Source of the DNA: an uncultured Gammaproteobacteria bacterium
GTDB lineage: Bacteria > Patescibacteriota > Microgenomatia > Daviesbacterales > UBA10151
Assembly (NCBI GenBank): GCA_964522265.1
Contig: CAZFVS010000005.1
Span: 1-22,496 of the forward strand
DNA length: 22,496 bases
Reading direction: 5' to 3'
A model generated the notes under the pieces. It was given only the letters and a program-made list of their open reading frames with translations. It made no database searches and was not told the origin of the DNA. The translations under genes and the position numbers were made by a program. Position 1 is the stretch's first letter. Every line of letters begins with the position of its first letter. Below are positions 1 to 6,289 of the stretch, in pieces.

Positions 1-146
1 CGTATTTTTTGGCATGGATTGGGTTGGTGATGGGGGAAAATTGGGATACACTGGGACCATATTTCCATAAAGCTGATGCAGTTGTGGGAGTTGCAATCAT
101 TGCTGCGGGTGGTTTCTACATTTACCACAAATTTAAAAAGAACTAA
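1..146 (+). CDS. 3' end of a membrane protein gene (partial; DedA/VTT-family-like C-terminus)
   Basis: Frame 3 is open from the window edge to TAA 144-146: YFLAWIGLVMGENWDTLGPYFHKADAVVGVAIIAAGGFYIYHKFKKN*. A G-x-NW motif followed by a terminal TM helix and basic tail resembles DedA-family C-termini. The stop abuts the next ATG (TAAATG). Confidence 0.4.
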   Translation, partial: YFLAWIGLVMGENWDTLGPYFHKADAVVGVAIIAAGGFYIYHKFKKN

Positions 147-413
147 ATGCCGTACATTGAGCAAAAAAACAGGCCTCCGATTGATCTTTTACTCCAGCCC
201 CTTGCGGATTACCTGAGAAATTTACCTGAAGACGAACAGGATGGATCTCTAAATTATGTGGTTACTAAATTGCTTCATGAAATTTATCCTCTGCGTTATA
301 GACACATCAACAGAGCGATGGGTGTTTTATCCTGTGTGGAGCAAGAGTATTACCGTAGGGTCGCAGCACCGTACGAAGATCAAAAAATTATCCAAAATGG
401 GGATGTAGGTTAA
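147..413 (+). CDS. small conserved-looking hypothetical protein (88 aa)
   Basis: ATG start directly after the upstream stop (translational coupling). Protein-like composition with a C-terminal motif YYRRVAAPYEDQKIIQNGDV. I cannot name a family with confidence. Confidence 0.6.
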   Translation: MPYIEQKNRPPIDLLLQPLADYLRNLPEDEQDGSLNYVVTKLLHEIYPLRYRHINRAMGVLSCVEQEYYRRVAAPYEDQKIIQNGDVG

Positions 414-414
414 C

Positions 415-443
415 TTGACTATAGGCTGATAGAGTGGTACCAT
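415..443 (+). promoter_or_regulatory. sigma70-type promoter TTGACT-17 nt-TACCAT (TGG extended -10), 6 nt upstream of GTG 450
   Basis: TTGACT at 415-420, 17-nt spacer, TGG at 435-437, TACCAT at 438-443. There is no Shine-Dalgarno between it and the start. Confidence 0.45.
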
Positions 444-449
444 TCCTTT

Positions 450-968
450 GTGGAAAGATTAATTTTACCTCCCAAATACCCAAAAACAGACGGTCCCATT
501 ATTTTTTTGGCAGGACCGATTCAGGGTGCCTTTGAATGGCAGTCTTGTGCTGCCGAATACATCAACTATCTTGATCCGCTACTATGGATTGCTTCTCCGC
601 GTCGGGGAAAAATAAAACTTGGCGATGTGGTTGTTTTTAATGAACAGGTGGATTGGGAAACACACTTTCTCAATAGGGCTGCAACTGAGGGTGTGATTTT
701 GTTTTGGTTGGCTAAAGAATATAGCCATGCATGCGGCAGGCCTTATGCTCAAACAACCCGTTTTGAACTGGCTGAATGGAAAGTAAAGCACGAAAGAGAT
801 GTGGTTAAATTAGCTTTAGGAATAGAGTCCGGTTTTTCAAACGAGAACTACATCAGAAGAAGGTTTAATCAGGACTGTCCGGAAATTTTAATACAACGTA
901 CCCTGGAAGAAACATGCCGTGAGGCAGTGCTTTTGGCTTGCCCTGGATTCAGCAAAATAGGGATGTAG
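450..968 (+). CDS. nucleoside 2-deoxyribosyltransferase-like protein (Nuc_deoxyri_tr2/PF15891-like)
   Basis: GTG start. N-terminal IIFLAGPIQGAFEWQ, then SPRR, VDWETHFL, GVILFWL and TTRFELAEW follow the motif order I recall for the 2-deoxyribosyltransferase-like Rossmann fold family. Confidence 0.6.
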   Translation: MERLILPPKYPKTDGPIIFLAGPIQGAFEWQSCAAEYINYLDPLLWIASPRRGKIKLGDVVVFNEQVDWETHFLNRAATEGVILFWLAKEYSHACGRPYAQTTRFELAEWKVKHERDVVKLALGIESGFSNENYIRRRFNQDCPEILIQRTLEETCREAVLLACPGFSKIGM

Positions 969-969
969 A

Positions 970-1395
970 TTAAGTTTGGTTTCTGTAATCTACATGTTTT
1001 AAATCAGGGTTTGGAGTTATCTCTAATTTATCTTCAACAATAGCAAGTCTTTGCTCATGTCTTAAGATATTATCACCATTAATTTTGTACATATCACCAT
1101 AAGATTGAATTGTGTCTTCAATTGTGATAACTGAAGGAAGCAGTTGGTTTTCTATGATGTTGATGTGTTTTTCCAAAATAACTGTATGTTGTTCAAGGAT
1201 TTTAGTATGTTCGTCAAGTTTTTTATTCATCACAGAGACTTGGTCTCTAATTGTTCTTGACTGTTCGGCTGCTACGCTTTGGAATATCTCTGCTTGGCGC
1301 AGCTTGCTAGTCATGATTTCAACCAAGTCTTTAACTGGCCTCACCTGTGTTTCAATCAACCCTTCAATTTTCTTTAACAAGATATCATCTGTCAT
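970..1395 (-). CDS. orphan coiled-coil protein co-transcribed with lexA (141 aa)
   Basis: The ATG lies 3 nt after the lexA stop (TAA ACT ATG). Heptad-rich sequence with the repeat HTKILEQHTVILEKHINIIENQ. No TM segment and no recognisable catalytic motif. Confidence 0.65.
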   Translation of the reverse strand: MTDDILLKKIEGLIETQVRPVKDLVEIMTSKLRQAEIFQSVAAEQSRTIRDQVSVMNKKLDEHTKILEQHTVILEKHINIIENQLLPSVITIEDTIQSYGDMYKINGDNILRHEQRLAIVEDKLEITPNPDLKHVDYRNQT

Positions 1396-1398
1396 AGT

Positions 1399-2016
1399 TT
1401 AATTAAACCTTCTAATCACCCCGACACATTTCCCCTGGATTCTGCAGTCTGTTGTATAGATCGGTTGCATGGCAGCGTTGGCAGGTTCCAGGCGGATCCG
1501 GTCGTTTTCCCTAAAGAAGCGTTTTAAAGTTGCCAGTCCGTTGCCCAGGAGCGCTACCACAATTTCCCCATCATTGGCAGTCATGGTTTCTTCGATAATC
1601 ACAAAATCCCCGTCTAAAATCCCGTCTTCTATCATTGAGTCTCCTTTAACCTGCAAAACATAAGAACGCTTTTTATCAGAAAGAAGTGAAGGAGCGACTC
1701 CGATTGTAGCATCGGGATCAGTATATGGCATAATAGGTTCTCCTGCAGCGATAAATCCTAAAACAGGCAGTTCAATACCCTGCAGAGCACCTGATATCTT
1801 CTGGTCTAAAAGCTCGATTCCTCTGACAGTACCTTCAAATTTTTTGATTACACCTTTTTGCGCCAGGGTTCTGAGATGTTCATGTACGGTTGCCAGGGAT
1901 GAAACACCCATGGCATCTGCAATCTCACCCAAAGTTGGAGAATAACCGTATTTTTCAATATATTCCCTTAAAAATTTTAAAATCTGTTTCTGCCTTCTGT
2001 AAAGCGTAACAACCAT
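1399..2016 (-). CDS. lexA: LexA repressor (S24 peptidase, SOS regulator)
   Basis: N-terminal wHTH GYSPTLGEIADAMGVSSLATVHEHLRTLAQKG, Ala-Gly cleavage site in FIAAGEP, catalytic Ser in VKGDSM and Lys in ATLKRF. I chose ATG 2016 (205 aa) because the TTG at 2058 lies upstream of the predicted promoter. Confidence 0.9.
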   Translation of the reverse strand: MVVTLYRRQKQILKFLREYIEKYGYSPTLGEIADAMGVSSLATVHEHLRTLAQKGVIKKFEGTVRGIELLDQKISGALQGIELPVLGFIAAGEPIMPYTDPDATIGVAPSLLSDKKRSYVLQVKGDSMIEDGILDGDFVIIEETMTANDGEIVVALLGNGLATLKRFFRENDRIRLEPANAAMQPIYTTDCRIQGKCVGVIRRFN

Positions 2017-2024
2017 ACTACGAA

Positions 2025-2054
2025 ACTTTACCAAAAAGAACCCGTAATTGTCAA
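2025..2054 (-). promoter_or_regulatory. lexA promoter TTGACA-18 nt-TAAAGT (TGG extended -10), 8 nt upstream of ATG 2016
   Basis: Minus strand reads TTGACAATTACGGGTTCTTTTTGGTAAAGTTTCGTAGTATG. The -35 is at 2054-2049 and the -10 at 2030-2025. Confidence 0.55.
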
Positions 2055-2085
2055 CCAAGTAAATTTATATCAAACATAGTCAGTT

Positions 2086-2114
2086 TTGATTATTTGAGGG
2101 TTTAGTGGTAAAAT
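2086..2114 (+). promoter_or_regulatory. candidate promoter TTGATT-17 nt-TAAAAT (TGG extended -10) for the gene divergent from lexA
   Basis: TTGATT at 2086-2091, TGG at 2106-2108, TAAAAT at 2109-2114. It overlaps the GTG 2105 start offered by the ORF track, which argues for ATG 2132. Confidence 0.35.
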
Positions 2115-2131
2115 CTGAGGTAAAGAAGTAT

Positions 2132-2479
2132 ATGATTGAGACGGCGAGAAGACCCACTGCTGTCCAAGTGATAAAAATAAGACAACTGTTTCGGATAGCT
2201 AAGCTTTTGTATAATCTGGATTTGGAATTCAGGCAGCAAAATAAAAGTTCAATAGAGTATAGATGGATTGATGATAAGGGTGATTCGAAGGTTGTAATTG
2301 TTAATAAGGTTTTTTTGGCTGGTATGAGGAAAATAAGAAACAATATTTATTTAGCCTTAGGTGAGGAAGGTTTTACTGAAAAAGCTAATATCATACTTCA
2401 AAAATATCTGACCCATTATGATATTGAAATAGGGCATAAATTTAAGCAAAAGTCAGTTGCGGATCAAACAGTAACCTAA
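2132..2479 (+). CDS. hypothetical protein (115 aa), divergent from lexA
   Basis: Its Lys/Glu/Arg-rich composition looks more protein-like than the Leu/Ser/Phe-rich antisense ORF 2080-2343. No recognisable domain. The 3' end overlaps the convergent gene by 27 nt. Confidence 0.5.
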   Translation: MIETARRPTAVQVIKIRQLFRIAKLLYNLDLEFRQQNKSSIEYRWIDDKGDSKVVIVNKVFLAGMRKIRNNIYLALGEEGFTEKANIILQKYLTHYDIEIGHKFKQKSVADQTVT

Positions 2480-3547
2480 TTTTTTTTGGTTTTCAATGAC
2501 ATAACCTAAGGAGATAAAAGCCGGATTTTTTCTAAGCCTGTAGACCAGGGCATTTAAAGCCCAATCAGAACCTTCACCATTCTTCCAAAGTGAGGCAAAA
2601 ATTGCATCCTTGGTGACTACTTTGCCCAGTTTGCTTTTAAGTAGTGCAAATAATTTAGACTCCTGAAGCGGCAGCCTGACCCTAGTGCCGGATTTTATGA
2701 AATCAGCGAGTAGGGTAGTAAAGATTTTCAATTCCCCTTTGGTTTTTTTAATGAATCCTGTACCCAAAAGGTATTGATCCGGGGTTTTTACCTTTTTTTC
2801 CAGGGCGATTTTTTGGAGCAGTTTTCTTTGCGGATATTTAAGATAATTGTACAAGTCTTTAAGCTGGAATTTTATGGCCTCATCCTGCAGGGGATTTTCG
2901 TGCAGGCAGTCTGATTTTAAAAGAAGCTGCAAAAGCTGGTAGTGTCCGCCTGATAATTCTAAAGCCCTGTCAAAATCTTGATGCTTCAAAAATTTGGGAG
3001 CATTTAGTCCGGTAAGTTTTTTTAGATCTTCTTTTGAGTATGGTTTCAGGTAAAAAGTTTTAGAATACATATTTAAATTTCCGCCTGAGAGGGCTTTTGG
3101 TGATTGTTCCAGCAAAGGCCTGTTTGCCGCAAAAACCATGACAATTTTCTCTTTGTCTATATCACGCAATGAGCGTAAATTTGAGAAAAAATCTTCATTG
3201 AATTCCTTTTTAAGCCTGTCAAAACGATTGAAAATTATGACTATGCGTTTGTGTTTTTTAACCAGATTTTCTAAAGGGTGGTTCAACTGTTTATTAAGCT
3301 GTTTGAAAAGTTCTTGCCGTGAAAGCTTTGGCAGTTCATTGATGTCTACGTGAACAAAATGCGCAAATTTCCGGGTTGCCAGAAACCGCAGAAAAATAGA
3401 AATCCCCATCGAGGGCATTCCACAGACGGAAAACGTTGTAGAAATTTCAATCAGTTTCTTAATTTGCTTAAGGTTTTCTCTGCTAAAATTTCTACCCAAC
3501 TTTTGCTCTTTAAAGTTATTTTGCATAAATAAGGGTAAACGAGTCAT
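2453..3547 (-). CDS. transcriptional regulator: N-terminal AAA/ATPase_2-like domain with degenerate P-loop plus C-terminal OmpR/PhoB-type winged helix
   Basis: The P-loop-like GMPSMGIS has Ile where GxxxxGK[ST] has Lys. Walker-B-like RIVIIFNRFD. C-terminal LQESKLFALLKSKLGKVVTKDAIFASLW...SDWALNALVYRLRKN...GYCL matches the Trans_reg_C pattern. Confidence 0.7.
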   Translation of the reverse strand: MTRLPLFMQNNFKEQKLGRNFSRENLKQIKKLIEISTTFSVCGMPSMGISIFLRFLATRKFAHFVHVDINELPKLSRQELFKQLNKQLNHPLENLVKKHKRIVIIFNRFDRLKKEFNEDFFSNLRSLRDIDKEKIVMVFAANRPLLEQSPKALSGGNLNMYSKTFYLKPYSKEDLKKLTGLNAPKFLKHQDFDRALELSGGHYQLLQLLLKSDCLHENPLQDEAIKFQLKDLYNYLKYPQRKLLQKIALEKKVKTPDQYLLGTGFIKKTKGELKIFTTLLADFIKSGTRVRLPLQESKLFALLKSKLGKVVTKDAIFASLWKNGEGSDWALNALVYRLRKNPAFISLGYVIENQKKLGYCLIRN

Positions 3548-3605
3548 TATTTTATCATCTTTTAGTCAAGCAAAGGAGTAAAAAGTTTTTTATGATTCTA
3601 AAACA

Positions 3606-4187
3606 ATGAAAGAGAATCTTTTGGCTGCAAAACAGCAATACGAAGAATCCCTGAAAAATATTCATAAGGAAAAAGAAGCATTCTTAAAAGGAAATGTAGA
3701 CAAGAAAGAAAAGACGGAGGATTCATATAAAAATGAGTTACTTAGGGAACTGGGACTTAAGGATGGTTGCGGTTTTCAGACCCATTATTTGGAAGATTTA
3801 CTGCAATTTTGCGAAGAAAATAATACCGAAGCACAATTTTTAATATGGCAGCTTTCCAGGGCAGAAGGGCTTGTTACTTTTGGTTTAAATAAAAGATTTT
3901 ATAACTACGGTTTACCTCTATCCTCAACAGTCCAGAACCCGCAATCCTCACAAGATTTTTTTGATTTTGCAATCGAAGTTTTAAATTCTGAGGCTTACGG
4001 AAATAACGCAAACAGGAACTTTGTTGCTACTTTACTTGAACAAGCGTCGGAACTGGCAATTGAGGAGGAAAAAGTCAAGCCGCCATGTAATCCAAAACAA
4101 AAAATGAGTATCGCGTATAAGTTTGTATTGGGTCACTTATATGACTTGTATGAAACCCACTCAAACTATTGGTGGAACCACTATTAG
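3606..4187 (+). CDS. hypothetical helical protein (193 aa), first of a tandem pair
   Basis: ATG start, N-terminal coiled-coil, no TM segment, no known motif. Transcribed divergently from the regulator. Confidence 0.65.
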   Translation: MKENLLAAKQQYEESLKNIHKEKEAFLKGNVDKKEKTEDSYKNELLRELGLKDGCGFQTHYLEDLLQFCEENNTEAQFLIWQLSRAEGLVTFGLNKRFYNYGLPLSSTVQNPQSSQDFFDFAIEVLNSEAYGNNANRNFVATLLEQASELAIEEEKVKPPCNPKQKMSIAYKFVLGHLYDLYETHSNYWWNHY

Positions 4188-4190
4188 CTA

Positions 4191-4784
4191 ATGAATAAAG
4201 AAGATTTAGAGAAACTATATAGTAATCTCGTTAGTAAAAAACAGCAACAAACTGATATCTCATCGCAAATAAAGCAAAAAGAAAACGCATTTAAAAAAGA
4301 GTTGGAGAATTTTTTTGAAATCCAAGCATTGCCGGATTTCATAAACGCCAAACATCTTTATATTCAGAGTATCTGGAATTATGCAATCAACACCAATGTT
4401 GAACCGAAATGGTTTTTTGGACAAATTTTACAGGCATTACGTCACATTGAACAGACCGATTACACTGCGGAAAATACCTATAATTTCGACGAAACAGGAG
4501 AAAAAATCATTTTACCCGGTGATTACAGTCTGCAAAGTTTTGACCCAACCATTAATTATCTGATGGCGATAAGGTATTTAAAATGGCAGGTTGTTTGCGA
4601 GTCACACGGTAGAAGGGATGCTAATTTTGACACAGATGCAGAGAAACTTTTCAGGAAAGCAAAAGAGATATTACAAGCTATGGACAGAACAGATCAGGGG
4701 TTCGTAGTGCAGTCTCAAATTAAAACATATGCTTGGATGGAATCGCATTCGGAAACACTGGTTAGTGCTTTTTTTGAAAACTGA
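4191..4784 (+). CDS. hypothetical helical protein (197 aa), second of a tandem pair and possible distant paralog of the upstream gene
   Basis: Starts 3 nt after the previous stop. Same size and architecture, with collinear short matches to the 193-aa protein: KE.AF, N.E..(F/W)..Q(L/I), YN(Y/F), AI..L. Confidence 0.65.
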   Translation: MNKEDLEKLYSNLVSKKQQQTDISSQIKQKENAFKKELENFFEIQALPDFINAKHLYIQSIWNYAINTNVEPKWFFGQILQALRHIEQTDYTAENTYNFDETGEKIILPGDYSLQSFDPTINYLMAIRYLKWQVVCESHGRRDANFDTDAEKLFRKAKEILQAMDRTDQGFVVQSQIKTYAWMESHSETLVSAFFEN

Positions 4785-4846
4785 ATTTGTGGAAAAAGAA
4801 AAATGGTTGGTTTTTTACAGCGATATAAAGAAAATTGAAGCGAACA

Positions 4847-4871
4847 GCCTGCCACCTTGGAGGTGGAAGGC
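4847..4871 (-). terminator. stem-loop downstream of the GH57 gene (possible bidirectional terminator)
   Basis: GCCTGCCACCT-TGG-AGGTGGAAGGC: a 10-bp stem with one G/A mismatch, lying between convergent genes. On the minus strand the T-run (TTTTCTTT) is displaced about 14 nt from the stem, so the call is weak. Confidence 0.35.
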
Positions 4872-4875
4872 TAAA

Positions 4876-6207
4876 CTATTGATTGAGCAGGCCGTAAAGC
4901 ATATCCAGAACTGTTTTACCTGAATTTAGCGGATCGGGGATAATTTTTAGGGATTGTTTATATTCATCCTCGATCCGTGCAGCTTGTCCAGTAACCCCTG
5001 CATCCCGCAGATGTTCCAGTGCCTGATAGGCAAAGAGCAGGTTGATTCTTCCGGAATAGTGTGGATCATCAAAGAATGTTCCGCAACTGGTTCTTGAGGT
5101 TTTTGCAGACACATAAGCGCTTATGGTTGAAAGCCTGGGTGATGTATGAGGCGGACCCGGATTTTTAAAGTGTTTGGTAAAAGATCTGATCATCAGATCC
5201 TCAAAGTCATCCTGCCCCAAACCGAGCTCCTTTTTAACAATTGCTGCAATTTCCCTGTCAAGTTTTTTGTGCGCTCTGTAGTATGGTGTTTTCCACCGCA
5301 GGTCTCCTGTGCAGCAGCTGCAGGCACCATGCCACCTCATTAGCCCATGGTTGCAGCTCCATGAAGTTTTTTCCTTTAAAACTCCGTAGTTGGGATTTTT
5401 TATATCAATGTCATTAACGCTAGTAACTTTGAATCCTTGTTCAGGAAGACTGCTGTGGAAAAGCCACCACAAAAAATCCGCATTGAGTTTTTTATTATGT
5501 TCACCGAATGTCTCGCCGTCAGTCCAGCCCAAACATAGACTTCCGGGTTCCAATTTAGAAGCTTCAGGTTTTATAACAGTATCTGTAAAATGGTCAGCGT
5601 TCCACTCCTCAGGATGGGCAAATGCAAGTTGAGAGGAGAGCGGCCTGTTAAAAGGCAGGGCTAAAATTGTATCCTGATCAGGCAGTTCTAAAAGAGCGGG
5701 TTTTTCTCTATTTTCAGTGCCTGTTTCAAAATCGATCTGTTCCGGAGCACAAATTACCCCTTGGTATCCGAATTCCTTGAGCACCATCAGGGTCTCATTA
5801 TCTAACGCACTTTCTGGCGCCCAAAAGTATTTAGGCGTAAAACCTAATCTTTCGATACCTGAGCCGATTAATATTCTTTTTTCCTCTTTTTTTAAATCAG
5901 GTATGATAGGATGAATATCCGGGTGTCCTATTCCGTTTTTGGAAAGGTTTTGAGTCATAATATCAGAGGTTTGCGGGTCCAGATTGTCCAGCTGTTCTTT
6001 TAAAATACCATAATAAGTATAAGAAACGTGTTGAAAAATCTTTTTTTGAGCAAGCGGTTTGTAACATGTTTCGTTGACAAGTTGCGTCCAATTCTTTCCG
6101 GTTTGCCTGAACTTTTCCAGATCTGTTTTAATGTGACGTAAATTCTTATGAGAAACCTCCCGTGGAGGCTGGTAAAAATGCAGCCCTAGTGTTATTTCCC
6201 TGTTCAT
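4876..6207 (-). CDS. glycoside hydrolase family 57 protein
   Basis: GH57 conserved regions in order: LHFYQPPRE (HQP-type region I), HPIIPDL (II), FWAPESALD (III, nucleophile Glu), GWTDGETFGEH (IV, acid/base Asp). Confidence 0.75.
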   Translation of the reverse strand: MNREITLGLHFYQPPREVSHKNLRHIKTDLEKFRQTGKNWTQLVNETCYKPLAQKKIFQHVSYTYYGILKEQLDNLDPQTSDIMTQNLSKNGIGHPDIHPIIPDLKKEEKRILIGSGIERLGFTPKYFWAPESALDNETLMVLKEFGYQGVICAPEQIDFETGTENREKPALLELPDQDTILALPFNRPLSSQLAFAHPEEWNADHFTDTVIKPEASKLEPGSLCLGWTDGETFGEHNKKLNADFLWWLFHSSLPEQGFKVTSVNDIDIKNPNYGVLKEKTSWSCNHGLMRWHGACSCCTGDLRWKTPYYRAHKKLDREIAAIVKKELGLGQDDFEDLMIRSFTKHFKNPGPPHTSPRLSTISAYVSAKTSRTSCGTFFDDPHYSGRINLLFAYQALEHLRDAGVTGQAARIEDEYKQSLKIIPDPLNSGKTVLDMLYGLLNQ

Positions 6208-6247
6208 AATTTTAAATTATACAACGGTTTTGCGCTTGAAGCACAAA

Positions 6248-6276
6248 TTGACAGCTTACCTTCAACATTGTAAAAT
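6248..6276 (+). promoter_or_regulatory. promoter TTGACA-17 nt-TAAAAT, 13 nt upstream of ATG 6290
   Basis: TTGACA at 6248-6253 and TAAAAT at 6271-6276. It lies inside the TTG-6230 extension from the ORF track, so ATG 6290 is the likelier start. Confidence 0.55.
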
Positions 6277-6289
6277 ACCACAAGTTATT

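Noticed and set aside
2016-2058. Longest-ORF start codons from the ORF track: TTG 2058 for lexA, GTG 2105, TTG 6230, TTG 13129, TTG 16171 and GTG 20164.
   Set aside because: Each extension adds non-conserved N-terminal residues and lies upstream of or within a predicted promoter element. At 20164 it ignores an ATGA stop/start overlap. I used the internal ATG codons instead.
2080-2343. 87-aa minus-strand ORF upstream of lexA with a C-terminal TM-like segment. It is tempting as a YneA/SidA-type SOS division inhibitor.
   Set aside because: It is antisense to a more protein-like plus-strand ORF and has low-complexity Leu/Ser/Ile/Phe composition. It would have to be transcribed through the lexA promoter. 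Only comparative or expression data could revive it.
4729-4923. 64-aa plus-strand ORF bridging the end of the 197-aa gene and the end of the GH57 gene.
   Set aside because: It overlaps two better-supported genes and the intergenic hairpin. It has no start signal and no recognisable sequence features.
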